Counted from the first letter of the stretch, positions 48,201-61,450 are shown. The stretch is 64,000 nucleotides of DNA from Chlorokybus atmophyticus (GCA_009103225.1 RHPI01001037.1:62001-126000), one strand, 5' to 3'. Translations and numbers: made by a program. Notes: generated from the letters alone by a model not told the origin.

Positions 48201-49916
48201 CATTTCTTCATTCACTCGGTAGCTGAGCTCATGTCCATATAACCAGCGACTTCCTATTGAAGGATTCTTCCTTACTTAGGGTACCAACTTCGGTAAAACC
48301 GCTTAGTTTAGGGAACCAATTGCCTTTGCATGTCGGATTAAACACGACTGCCTTTACTCCGGGGTTCTATATTTTATCATATAAATACACTTGTATTAAA
48401 GCTCTTTAAGCTTTGAAGTAGCCCCATGAATTAGAATACTTCGCATATGTGGTTCCAAATCAATCACACTTGGCAGTTGATACATTGCATTTCCCAAACA
48501 GACTTCACATTCACAAGGCAATTTATTACACCATTTTTACTTGAGTTCATTTACAAAAGTCAAAGCTATGGTGCTACTCACTGGCTCAGCTACCCACAAA
48601 TTCTATTTGGGGCCGGAGGCGCGCCGAGGGCAGTTCTTTATTAGATGCCCCTTTTCCTTGCAGAGGAGCCACTTCCCCTCCTTCATCAGCGCCAATTTTC
48701 CAGCTCCAGAAATGGTGCGGTTAACATATCCCGCCTTGTTAGCTGACTTTGCCGGAGGCCCTCCCTTCTTGGGTTTCGCTTTCGCGAAAGTGGGCTTGTT
48801 TCTCACAAAATCGGCCTTTGCCTTCTTGTGATGCGGGTTAGCCTCTTCTGCTTCCTTACCCCGCTTGTTCAAGCCTTTGTTGCGGGCTGTCTCAAGGCAC
48901 CTGTCAACCAAATCATCAAACTCATGACCCTATCATGGGGCCAAAGTTTTCGGGTTCTCGAAAACAACTGGGCAATCTTTCATAGCTTGGGAGAGGCCGG
49001 AGGTGAAGCGATCCACCTTCTCCTCTCCATCAATACTGCCTCCACTTGAAACAATGCGAGCAACCCAGTAGCGAAATTGCTGGGCATACTCCGAAACATT
49101 GCCCTTCTCGCGCAACTTCTTCAGCTCAGCCCGGGCTTTTGCTACCGGATTAACTGAAGCATAATGGCTTCTCAGCATAGCCTCTAGCTCACTGAAATCT
49201 GCCTCTTTCCCCTCAGCCAGTGTTTCCACCTTGGCTTTCCATAGGGTCTATGGGACATCACCTAAGAAGGTGATTGCATCTGCAACCCATGACTCCACCG
49301 GACTCTGCCTGGCGGTAAAGTAAGCGACTATGGCTTGAAGCCAATTCTTGATACTCTAATCCTTGTCGCCGTTGAACTTGGGAGGGCGAATAGCGAGTTT
49401 GCCCTTCCCTCTTTCTAGAGCAAGAAGTCTGGCCTCCAGAGAAGCTATCTTGTCGCTTATCTCTTTAGCCGCCTGCTCATACTTGAGGACATGTGCATCA
49501 AGTACCTCAGCAATGTCAAACAACAACTTATTGTTCTCAACCACTGTCTTGATAGGGACATTGGATTTCAGAGGACCATGGTGAAGCTCCAGCCTGAATA
49601 TGCGATGCTGATCGCGCTGGAGTCGGCGACACAGCAACTCAACTGCCTCACCATAAGCTTGAGAACCCACTGGTTCTCTCAAGCCATCACGAACCGTTGC
49701 CCATCCGAGAGTCAGCTCATCTGAGCTCGGTACCGGTACTGAGACTGACCGGAGTGTCTCTGGCAGCAAGTTCACCCCGGCAGCGGAGTCCATGTCCATG
49801 ATGGTAGCTAAATCTGGGTTGTTGGTGTTGGCCACAGCTGCTGCGTTGTTGGCATCACCCATCCTGGAAAGGAACAACCCAAGTCTTGGTTCACTGAGCC
49901 CACTCCAAGCACAGTA

Positions 49917-49937
49917 GATCCAACTGCTCCGATACCA
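49917..49937 (-). promoter_or_regulatory. Primer-binding site, probably tRNA-iMet
   Basis: TGGTATCGGAGC on the minus strand lies 2 nt after the 5' LTR and resembles the canonical TGGTATCAGAGC. Confidence 0.88.
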
Positions 49938-49939
49938 AA

Positions 49940-51008
49940 TGTGAGGCTCTGATTATCTCATTCAGTGAACTAACAGTTGATTCACTTGTAAATTAACCCA
50001 AGTGAACTGTCAACGAGAACTATTCAGTTCAGTGAACTAATCAGCCAAGTGAACTAACCTTATTAGCCGCGGGTGCTTTGGAAATATGCGACATTTGTGC
50101 ATATAAACATGCACCCCTCATCACAGTCACCGACTTTAGGCGTGTGAACAACCAATCTCAGAAAAAAGGGATTACTACCCAATTAGCTTTCCTACAACAA
50201 CTAAGTTGTGACCAAGTGAATCACAAGTATACCATCTTAGTATAAGTGTGAATCACTCAGTACCTGGAAAGACTTGATATGGCGTTTCCCTTGAATGGCC
50301 TCTCTCCGATCACCCAAGAACTCTAACCCTTAGTACCAGCCTTCACTCCAGTAGAGCTCCGCTTGCCACCCACTAAAGACAATTAAATGCCATCTACTTG
50401 GCACTGCCCCTTTTTATACTCCGGGGTTTCTGTGCCTTTGTTAGTTCATTACGCCCGATCGGACCCTCGGAAACTATTATTTTCGAAGTGCCAACGCTTT
50501 GTGGTGAACATTGGAAATCTATTCCGAAGTTCGACCTCTACTGCGATTCTCCTATGTTCGTAACTCTCAACCTAGGCCGACATCACTTTCGTTCAACCTT
50601 CATATACAGGAGTGAACTAGTAGTGCGGAAATCCCTATGTTGATTTACGGCATGGTTCGACAATCCCTAACCTCGGGAATTGTATTAGGTCGGAGTTTTC
50701 GATGGTACCTACCATTGTCGTAACTCCGATAGAGAGGTACCTTTTAGGTACTTCATCTATTCCTGCATTCTATACTCAGTGTATTGGCGTATGTCGCTTT
50801 AACGCTTTTACCTTAATACTTCACGGTCAATGGATTTCATGGTCTTAACGCTGTGTTAAATACCTCTGTAATCTATTAGATTTCAAGGACTCTTAGTCCA
50901 TAATGGTAGCTCAATTTCGTCTCATTAACCCTTAACGGTTCAATAAAATCCCAGGTTTTTTCAATTAAGGTTGTAGCCATTAAGCTGTCACGTCAGCCAA
51001 GTACCACA
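49940..51008 (-). repeat. 5' LTR of the chromovirus
   Basis: Direct repeat of 44128-45196, adjacent to the PBS. Confidence 0.95.
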
Positions 51009-51127
51009 GCACACTACGGAGTAAAATATGTGTTAAATGCAATAAGGGTACCGGTACGGTTTTATTTCATTCAAGCCTGATGGCGCAAATGTTGCCTTAT
51101 AACATGACATCAATGCATTAAAAGTAA

Positions 51128-54100
51128 GCACCAGACCCGATTACATGCGGCTCCCTCGAAAGTCGCGAGTCTTGGCTGACCCTCGTCCAAGGCGTCGGGC
51201 ACCAGCTTTGGCGGTGAACTAACAGTTCACTGCCGCCAGCCACTCGCGGCGAAACAATTAGTTCACTCCTGTCATGAATCAAGTGTTCAGGGGCAGCCAC
51301 GCAGGGCGGCGGCGGCGGCAGCGGCAGCGAGGCGGGCGACGACGGCGGCGGCGGCAGGCCTGGCGGCGGCGGTTGAATATCTGGTCGCCTTGCTTATAAC
51401 GACAGTAGATACTTGCTTTGATGTTGTAGCGTTTAAGTGGCAGATGGTGTGGCTGGCGTCTGCTTTCCAAGGTATGTACTTGACGGAGCACTGCATGCTT
51501 TGGGCCGAGCAGGTTGTGCGTGCATTGGTTTTGACGCTAAGATGCTGTTTTGTCGTGTGATGTGCAATGAATGTGACTAACAAGAATAACCACATGGTCT
51601 GGTGTGAGCTTACCACAGTGGTAGCAAGACTGATGGGATGTCGCATACAGTGCGACAAGACACGCAGGCAGACAATGCCGACAATAATGGCATGTGTGAT
51701 AGAGGTTAGANATGTGCTTGACGTAGCACTGCATGCTTTGGACCGAGCAGGTTGTGCGTGCATTGGTTTTGACGCTAAGATGCTGTTTTGTCGTGTGATG
51801 TGCGATGAATGTGACTAACAAGAATAACCACATGGTCTGGTGTGAGCTTACCACAGTGGTAGCAAGACTGATGGGATGTCGCATACAGTGCGACAAGACA
51901 CGCAGGCAGACAATGCCGACAATAATGGCATGTGTGATGGAGGTTAGATAACTTGCATACAATGTTGTTGTTGTGTTAGTCACAGCTCTCTGGTCCACAC
52001 TCAATACAGGCCCACCAATTAAACAGACTCAATTAGACACTGCCGAAGCAGGTGTGCCATTGCACGAGGGTGCACGCATTGTGCACCGGCACACTGGTAA
52101 ATTGGGAATTGTTCGTTGCGTTGATGCCGAACACATGCGCTACAAAGCACAATGGGATGGTGACAGCAAGCTAGTGCACTCCAAGACAAAATGGGTCCTG
52201 CATGCAAACATACATCCTATGTTGAAGGTTTGTACACGCCAAATGATTTGTACCTAGCTGCCGAATGCAAGTTACCTATCGTACATGTTTTGTAGTGAGC
52301 ACATACTCAAAACTCCAATTCAGGCAATCATGTCCCACCCCAACGTGTACATGAACAAGTTGTTTGCATCTATGGACAGTATTATGGGGCGGAGGGCGCT
52401 GTGACCAGCTTGCAAGGCACGCGATGTGCTGTGACCTTCATGGATGGACGAAAAGCTTTAGTAGCGAAAACACACTTGCAAGCTCTTACCCCTCAACCGG
52501 TGCAACAACCACAAGGTACACAGTTGGGCTTCTTCTCTTTGCAATGCATGCTTTCAACTACTGATCTGAAATGACATGCTCTCCTAGGCCAACTGCTAAT
52601 GAAGACCGTGTTGCGCCGTGATGTTGCAAAGTTCCTGGAAGCATACCAACAAGAGAATTGCGTCAACTTGCGCGTGTTGTACAATCCTAAGAGTCGGTAT
52701 GAGGTGGAGACTGAGCGCAAACACTATCTACAGAAAATCACCTATGGTTGCAAGCGCGGTGGTGCTAGATCAAGCACGCGCGATCAACGGAGACAGCCAG
52801 TTGCTTCTGCAAAGTGCGGATGTGGATTTCGCTTGACAGTTACCGTACTTACTCATGAACCGGATGCTGCCATCATAGAGGAAGTGTGCAACCATACCAA
52901 CCACGTGCCAGGTATGTTGCTTGGAACACTTCACACCTGCACACCATCAGCGCACCAGTTGGCAGCACATGCGCGCATATGCGCACACCGGCACGTGCAT
53001 GCGCAGGCAACACACGCATATGCAAGGCAGCACGGGCTCGCCTATCGCAAGGAGGCATGCAAGGAGGCATGCGCATGCGAGCGTGCGCATGCCTCCTTGC
53101 ATGCACGGGATGACCTGTTTGGTTGCATTCAACAGCACATGCACACATGCCCATGCCGGCTAGCAAGGGCTTACCTGATGTAGTGCATCAACATGCCATT
53201 GGTCAGCACGTGCGCGTGCGAGCGTCAGCACGGACTGATCAGCTACATGCAGGTAGCGTTGAGGACTTGAAGTTCTTGGACACTGACCATTCGCTGGAGG
53301 AAAGGGTGGTAGAGCTTCTTCGTTTGGGTCTGAAACCAAAGGAGGTGCAGATTGGTAAGAGTGAATGATGCCAAGCACATGTGACAGTCAGTTTAACGAC
53401 CTGCAATAACACGTGCTTTGTGTGCTAGTGCTAAGCACGGAGGTGAATCAGCACATTGATGGCAATCCATATGCGGATGCGAGGCAGACACTAAGCTATC
53501 AAGGCATTCTCAACTTGTACAAACGACTACAACGAGCAACACGCCTTGACGAGAATGATGCTGTTGCGTCGGACAAGATAGTAGCGCAATTGCCAACGAC
53601 TAGCGTCTTGTTCTACACCAACGAAGCATTGACATCACCAGCAAGAGAAGGCCATGTGGTTGTTGGTGTTCAGACACAATTTCAACGGCAAATGTTGCAG
53701 ATCTTTGGGAGGGACATAGCCCTGTTGGACGCAACTGGCGGCACCAACAAGTATGGTTATCCATTCTTCACCATGCTCATAAAGGATGATGTCGGTAACG
53801 GTACGTACAGGCTCTTACTTGTGCGAGGTGCGCTTAACCTCAACCCAATGTTGTCATATGACAGGTGTTCCGGTGGCTTTCATGATCTGCAACACAGAGG
53901 AGCACTCCGTTATTGCCATGTTTCTCAAAGCTATCGCAGCTGCAAGTGGCGTTCTTCCCAAGAACATCATGATGGATAAGAGCGCTGCCGAGATCAAGGC
54001 TGTGCAATCAGTATGAGCAAATGTGCTGTTGTGCTATTTCCACCTCATGCAAGATTGGGAAAGGCACCTGAAGAAAAGTATCCGAGACGCGGGCACGCGC

Positions 54101-56562
54101 AAGCAGGTGCTTGCGGACGTGCGCAACTTGAAGCAGACGCAAGATGAGGATGTCTTCAAGCGACTTGCACGAGAATTCTGCTTAAAGTTCGCCAACCAGC
54201 CAGCTATTGTTAAGTACCTGCAAGAAGAGTGGTTGCCTTGCTATAGTAAGCAGTTGATTGCATGAGCCTTGCCAGCAGTGCTCAATTCAACCAACAGTCA
54301 GTACGGACATGTGTACGCAGGCATGTGGGCAGATTGTGGGCGGCAATTCGCGCATCGCAACATTGAAACCAACAACTTGCTGGAGCGGTTCCTCAGAACG
54401 TTCAAGTACATGTTCATGAAGGGCGTTGTTAATCGGCGTTTGAGTGACTTAATCAACTTCTTGATGAACAAGGTTGTCCCGTTTTACTACAACGAGCGTC
54501 GCATGAAACTAGCTGATCGGACTCGGAATCGACACCTTTGGCAGCAACAACAACACCAGTACCAAGTGGAGTACCTGTTGGGCACAAATGGCTGTATCAG
54601 CGTCAAAGACGCAGCTTTGGGCAGCCTCACTGTGATCAGCTTGTCATCAGACAACACAAGTTACACGTGTATGGTGCCGGAGCTGAGCTGCACATGCAAG
54701 GCGTCACTTTATTATCATGACCTCTGCAAGCACGCGGAGGCTAGCGCTCGTGCCTGCCATGTCACACCCGATCTGACCAAGGTTGGCGTATTCATGAGCG
54801 CTTTAACCAGTGGCTAGCATAAGGCTACTACTTACATGTGCTTGCAGGTGGCCTTTACCAAGCTTGTTGCTGATGGATGTGTGGACATCGTCGACGAAAA
54901 GCTTGGGCTGGCAACCTGCAAAAGCCTCCTACCTGCTCAATTGCAGTGCGACATCAATGTGTTCGCCAAGTTTTGCAATTGCATCGCCTTCCGTTACCTC
55001 AATGTGTGTTGCCACTTACTTGCGGTGTCGACCGTGCTCGGTATTAGCAGCCTCGTTGACGGAGGTAAGGTCACTTGCTGCGTGTAGTGCCACACCCTGC
55101 ATCAATCAATGCAGCTTACTTCAACAACGCACGCAGAGGTAGATAATGTGACAGAGGCGTGGGCTAGATTTGGGAGAAAGCAAAGAGAAGAGCCCGAAGT
55201 TGTACATGAGCAAGATGATCCTACCTGGGGGTTTGACATCAACAAGGACTGCGGCATCAGCCAGCCAAACACGCAAACACAACAACTACCAGGTGTGGTT
55301 GACATGCGCATGCTCGTGCACATCATCATCATGACTAGCATGTATGACCAAGTTGTGACTTTGCTTGTCGCAGGTGGTGGAAAAGATGCGTGTGCTGCAA
55401 CAGCTCATGACAATGCCAAACGAGCTTTGCATGCAATTAAATCTAACCCCTCTTATGTTCCCGACGAGCACATTGTTGCCATCTGCCAAGACTTGTGCTT
55501 GCTAGCGGACCGTGTGAGGTCAATGATCCCTGCAGTTCAGCCCACAGCCAAGCGTCAACAGAAACGAGACCGTCGCAAAGGTAGCGACCGTCACTACAAG
55601 GCTCTGTTCAACGGGCGCAAGATATACAAGCCGCCTGTTGCTGAGCAGGACAACGCTGGTGAACCAAACAAGCCGACATCACAAGAGGAGCAGCATGTGA
55701 GAATCAAGAAGGCCGTGCCTGTAGGCAGGCCGAAAACAGTGATGCGCGGCCAAACTTACACAAGAACAAGTAAACGCTCATTTCCTATGAGATGGCCTCG
55801 TGCAAAGACCAAGTCAGTGCAGACCAAGCAGTCAGACAGCCAGCATGCAACGATGCCAAATGAAGAAGCATGTAGTTCAAAAAGTGGACAACCACAACAT
55901 GCTACAAAGCCTCAGCAACATGTGAGCCAGCTCAACGGCAAAACTCACAGCCCACTGGCGGTATCTCCATGGGCAACACGTCCCAACAAGCAAGTTAAAC
56001 CTACCATAAAACCTAAACAACTGTTTGCTAGCAAGTAGGAATTGCTAAGCCGATAAGATGCTTGTAAGTATACTACCTTGTCGCTCTGCGCTTGTGAAGG
56101 ATCTATTATAGATGTTGCTGCTGCTAGTGCTACCGCTGCTACCTGCAAGTTGCTGCTGATGACATGCAATTCAATCATGCATGTTGCGCAGTGTATGTTG
56201 CGCACGTTGTCTACGCAGCAATGCGCAGCCATGTAAGGCGTATGTGCAATATCAGGCGCTCACATGCGAACATGTGGAAAAGAACATCCAGTAGACGCTG
56301 ACCAGCTATGCCTCAGCCACCGCCGCCGCCGCCGCCGCCAACCCCGCCAGCGACGCCATTGCCTGCGTATGCCTGTGAGTAGTTAGTTCACCTGTGGAAT
56401 GAATCAAATTGATCACTCCGTCCGCGATCGAGTCGGCGGCGGTAGTGAATTAAGTAGTTCACTGCCGACACTCTGGTTCCTCCGCTGGTGCCCGACGCCT
56501 TGGACGAGGGTCAGCCAAGACTCGCGACTTTCGAGGGAGCCGCATGTAATCGGGTCTGGTGC
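51128..56562 (+). mobile_element. Mutator-like DNA transposon (MULE), apparently autonomous
   Basis: Perfect 79-bp TIRs (51128-51206 and 56484-56562). The flanks TTAAAAGTAA and TTAAAATAA fit a 9-10 bp TSD with one indel. An internal transposase gene is present. Confidence 0.93.
52000..56038 (+). CDS. MULE transposase, intron-containing, with FAR1/WRKY-GCM1-like Zn domain, DDE core and two SWIM-like fingers; start uncertain
   Basis: SAKCGCGFRL...HTNH, LLDATGGTNKYGYP (D1), VPVAF, IMMDKSAAEIKAV (D2), LLCYFHLMQ, TNNLLERF (E), SCTCKASLYYHDLCKH and CNCIAFRYLNVCCHL. No stops were seen in the conserved exons. Confidence 0.9.
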
Positions 56563-57448
56563 TTAAAATAATGCATACACATAGATTCTGTGGGCAAAGG
56601 AAAATATTGATAAATCGCATTCGTGCGACTTTTGTTTTTGTCTGATCTACACTTTTCAACTTTCATGAATCTATTGATGCTCCAATACTTGCGTAGAATA
56701 TAGTTCTTAAATACATTTGACTTGATGCACAATGCCCATGCCCATGGCACTCGAGTGGCTAAAGATGTTGTTCAACAACTTCTCTGAAGCAGCAAAGATG
56801 TGCGAACTACCATGTAGAGTAGTTCAGAAATGATTACACCTTCACATACAACTATGGCATACACCGCAGCATGCAAGCAGCTTCTCATGTGACATTTCTA
56901 ATACTCAATTATGCATTCAATTGCCAAACCAATCGCCATTGATGAGCACTCCATACTACGCAATGCATACAGCTATGCGGCAGAAGCGGGCACACTGCAA
57001 AGGACGGTGCACTCAACAACAAGCAGCTGCCATTGCAATAACAAATTCGCAACCGATGCTGCTCTGCTTCTCCAGTCAGCTGTCAAATACAGAAAGCACT
57101 GCAGCACGCAATGCACGAACTGCTAGGTTGAAAGGGACGTAATGCATGCAACGGGGCATATTGGACACAGGCACTCCACAATAGCAACGTGGAGCAAGCT
57201 GGCGCTCGGTCAGATGAGGTAAACGCTCACTCACTGTGCCCGCATGCAACTGCACGCTCGTAGCGCGCGCTACACGGGGCACTCGGAGCCACTGCGCATA
57301 GTTGTCGGTCATCATCACTCAGAGAGCCAGCTTGAAACGACACTCACGATGCAAACAACGCTCACACAACAATACCAAAACTACCGGACAGAGTACTCAC
57401 AACCACGTCACATCACTAAGCCGAGTGCCACGCAAACACTAGGCGGCA

Positions 57449-58791
57449 TCAGACGCGTCCACCACCTGACCGCTTGCTAAAGACTCGTCTCCAGTACATC
57501 ACCTGAACTAGGCTGACACCAACCAGCACCAGCGCTTCAAACAGAGCGTAATAGATCACCCTCCTGTTTGTGCTTTCGCTGGCTGCAGATCCATGAGCAC
57601 TATCAGAAGCTGTTGGCACTAACATGACAGCTGAAACATTGCACAGAAAAGCACAGCGCGGATGTTCTGGCCGCAATTGGTGATGCTTATAAACTTTCGG
57701 CAAGTGGCTGAGAGCAATGCGATAACTTGCGTGCTGACAGCATGAGCCAAACGGAGCATGACATGCATCAATTGCACAAAGCACAGCCAAAAACGTTGCC
57801 ACTCACTTTTGCGGTGACGAACATCTCGTGCGCGAAGGTATCGCTGTTCATACACTATGCTGGCGACCTTATCCTTGATGCCGCTCAAGTAGACAGACAA
57901 AGGGTCCAGATGCTCTGTATCACATTGATGTTAGCTCCAAGACACGTGCTTGAGCAGACCTCAACTGCCGCGCTTACCTGTTTTCGCGATCTCCTCCGTA
58001 ACTACATGCCCAACTCGCACGTCAAAAGCTACATCATTTGTACCATAGCCACCGCGATTGATGAAGCAGAAGGTTACTGGGCCAGCTAAAGGAGCATGGA
58101 ACGAGAATTTGCCTTCCTGTCGACCATGCTCCATGACCACCAACCGCCCATCTGCAGTTGTAACCTACCCAACAACAGAAGCTGACTGTCAATTCACCAT
58201 AGTTATATGTATAGACGCCAGGCGTAACGCTAACCCATGAACAGACGACTTGTTGTGTATGTTTTGCCCCGCAGTAATGTTACGCTGCATGCAGGCATGC
58301 CACAATGCCACATACCCGAAAGTCCAAGTTGCCTTGGGCGTAGTGGTGAGAACCAAACATGCCATGCTGCTCGGGAACAGACACGACATAGCTGCCCTCG
58401 ACGTGGTCATAAGGGTTTTCGACTTCCTCAACAACGCATTCCGTCTGCACGCCAAGGCCACGTGAGCCAGAGTCCAGTCCAGCACGACACGCACGAACTT
58501 GTAACCGTAAGCCAACGACTACGCTGCTTGACGCAGCATGTTTCAGTACCAACAACCCTGAGATTCATCAACCAGCTGGACGAGCTTCAGCCGGTAGTCA
58601 AGCCAACTGCAAGTGCAATCGACTCGGACGGCGCAAGGCAGTCAGTGCGCACAGGCTGCTTTCGCACCGACCACAAAACTGACCTGGTACATGTCCACGC
58701 TGAATTTGATGGCGTCCGCACGGTGTATCAACGCCAGCAGCCCCAGCAGCAAGGGCACCAGCGCCGCCATCGTCGCCGCCGCAGCCAGCAT
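57449..58791 (-). CDS. p24/emp24/gp25L (TMED) cargo receptor, beta type
   Basis: Signal peptide MAALVPLLLGLLALIHRADA, GOLD domain (ECVVEEV..., EGKFSFHAPLAGPVTFCF...VAFDVRVGH), coiled coil EQRYLRARDVRHR, ESTNRRVIYYALFE, a TM helix, and tail RRVFSKRSGGGRV*. Confidence 0.92.
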
Positions 58792-58962
58792 GCAGACCTC
58801 TGCCACTGCGCAAGCAGGAATGTTGGCACTGCGACCAGCATAGGCTCGCACACTGCTTCATTGTGGAAGTTAGCACGCCAGGGCATTCAGAGCCTCAAAT
58901 TGAAGACAGAAACAACTTGCTTGGTGTTCAGCACTGGAAGCTGAAGTTGTCTGGCAGCCGGC

Positions 58963-61450
58963 ATGGCGGCGACGGCGAGCATGGATCACAGCGACTCAGA
59001 CACCTTAGATCCCAGCCTGCGTCACGTTGTTCATCAACAGGTCAGCGTGCTGTGTTGCGCACTGCTTCCTCCTTCTTGTGGTTTGCACAGAGGCTGCATG
59101 CGAGTGTTAGTGTCCTTAGTGTGCTACGGAGCACAGTAACCCATTTAAACCTCGCGACTTGGTGAATAGTATTGCAGACCCTCATGTGCTCACTTGCTAT
59201 TGGTGCGACATGCGCGCCATTGGTATTTCGTTTGTACAGCTCAAATAGTTGGCTTGCTGCAGTTGTTTAAAGAGTGGAAACGGGGTGTTGCACCTGTTCA
59301 TAATGTTGAACTCAATCATGTACGCGTGGGACGTGCACTCAACATTGCGGTTTTCCACGTGTGCAAAGAATAATGCACTTTCTCATGGAGCATGCACACA
59401 AGTGATGGTGGTCTGTGCGCTTGGTGAACTTGATAACCACAGCTCGCACGTGGAATAGGGTAAGTTGTCAGATCTTTTCCGTCAAGGCAGCTTGCGCGGC
59501 ATGTTTGTTCGTTTATTAGTCCTCCTAGGAAAAGCATGCGAGGTTTTGCAGTTTTCTGCAGCTGTAGGTGTCAATGTATTGTGAGAGAACAGTGCTGTAC
59601 CGCATGCATCAGCTAAGTGTAGTGGTTGTGGACAGTGAACCAGTGACCAACTGAGTGATCTCACAGCGAACAGTGCAGCTATTAGCACTCACCATTGTAT
59701 GGCTGCAGGACTTGAAGTGGATCTTTGTTGGTGGCAAAGGCGGCGTCGGCAAAACAACAGTTAGTAGCAGCTTGGCTGTGCAGTTGGCAGCAACACGGCG
59801 CAGTGTGCTGATCATCTCCACCGACCCAGCGCACAACCTGAGCGATGCCTTCCGGCAAAAGTTCTCCCGTAATCCAACTCTTGTTCAAGGCTTTTCAAAT
59901 CTATATGCTATGGTGCGTGCAGAGTTTGTGGTTGAGCAGCTCTATGTCTGAAGGGTAGGGCGGTTTTCGGTGCACAGTGCCGTTATTGTACTCACATATT
60001 GTTCGTGCAGGAGGTTGAACCGACCCTGGAGACCGATCAGCTGGATATGCTAGGCTTGTCAGGTGCCCCAATCAACGATCCAGTCCTCACGGAGATTGCT
60101 GGGTCCATACCGGGTATTGATGAGGCCATGTCATTCGCGGAAATGCTAAAGTAAGTTGCCCCCCCCCCCCCCCCCCGGCACGCAAGCGCACATGCACATG
60201 CAAACGCCTGTGCGCACCTACACTGCACCCGCACCTGCTCTGTAGCACATGCAGTCTTGTAATTGTCGACCACAGTGTGTGTGCACGTAACCTGTGCGTG
60301 TGCATGTGCGTGCCTCAGCATGCAAAGAGATTGCAGCCCAACGTTCTGAACGTTGCTTGATGTAGGCTTGTGCAGAGCATGGACTACTCGGTCATTGTCT
60401 TTGATACAGCTCCCACTGGACATACCCTCCGGTTGCTGCAATTTCCAAACGCTTTGGAAGCGGGCCTCAAAAAACTTATGACATTGAAGAACCGCTTCTC
60501 TGGTCTATTTTCACAGGTAGCTATGTGTCCGCTCTTCCGGCAACCTTTTCACTATCAGGCTTACTTCACAAGCATTAACGAAAGTCCACTGTGCCAACGG
60601 CATACACCTTTACTCGTGCACAGTTTACAAGGATGCTTGGCCCAGCAGCAGAGGGACTGCAGGAGGAACAGCTGCTTGGCAAACTTGAGGGCCTTCAGGT
60701 ACGTTTAGCGTCACATGTTGCAGTGTACCTGTGGGCTACCTGTGATCAAGATGTGTTGTTCGTTTGACAGAGTGGCAGGGTGATTCTGATTCTACATGGT
60801 TGCAGGGTGTGGTGGCCACGGTCAACAGCCAATTCAAGGATCCCAACATGACAACATTTGTGTGTGTGTGCATCCCAGAGTTCCTCTCGTTATACGAGAC
60901 AGAGCGCCTTGTGCAAGATTTGGCCAAGTTTCATATTGATGTTCAGAACATTGTAGTCAATCAGGTGAGTGTCATTGCGTTGGCTGACAGTGACAGCCCC
61001 GCAACACAGACGACATGACCACAACACGTTGTCCGCAGGTCTTGTTTAGCGAGGACATCATTGACAAGCTGCTAATGGCCCGCATGAAGATGCAGCAGAA
61101 GTACATTGACCAATTCTATGACCTGTACGAAGATTTCCATATTGTGAAGCTCCCTCTATTGCCGGAGGAGGTACGACATTTTGTCCATACACGTTAGTGT
61201 TCTGTCCACGTCTTGAACAGCGCAACATTACAACAACATAAACTCTGCGCTCACATGTGATGTACAGGTCCGTGGTGTTGATGCGTTGAAAGACTTTTCA
61301 AAGTATCTCATTACTCCATATGTGCCGCCTCCTCGAGCTGCAGATAGCTTGGAGGGCAAAGTCCTTGCGCTGCAGAAGGAGGTTGATGCGCTCAAGCATC
61401 GAAATGAGCAGCTAGAGTCAGAACTGAAACGATTGCAAGTAACATCATGA
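58963..61450 (+). CDS. GET3: GET3/TRC40/ASNA1 ATPase for tail-anchored protein targeting
   Basis: First exon [14 protein letters not shown], then [15 protein letters not shown] (deviant Walker A), [65 protein letters not shown] and a C-terminal coiled coil. Confidence 0.96.

Larger units (their letters stand above)
44128..51008 (-). mobile_element. Full-length but decayed Ty3/gypsy LTR retrotransposon (chromovirus)
   Basis: Two LTRs of about 1.07 kb with TG...CA ends and an exact 5-bp TSD GCACA (44123-44127, 51009-51013). It has a PBS and PPT. Gag with a zinc knuckle (WLLCKEKGHLIKNCP), protease, RT (LRMCVDYRSLN, YPIPKIDD, LDLTAGYHQIRI, PFGLTNAPATFQ, VYPDDILVYS), RNase H (VITDAS...EQELLAV), integrase HHCC and a C-terminal chromodomain-like segment. 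Many frameshifts and stops. Confidence 0.97.

Noticed and set aside
51474-51948. Tandem duplication of about 240 bp inside the MULE
   Set aside because: The two copies differ by a few SNPs and are separated by the N at 51711. This is typical of overlapping haplotype contig ends rather than a real repeat.
55945-56232. Minus-strand ORF from the right TIR as a possible mudrB-like second gene
   Set aside because: It is short, overlaps the transposase 3' end and has no recognisable motif. Expression data would be needed.
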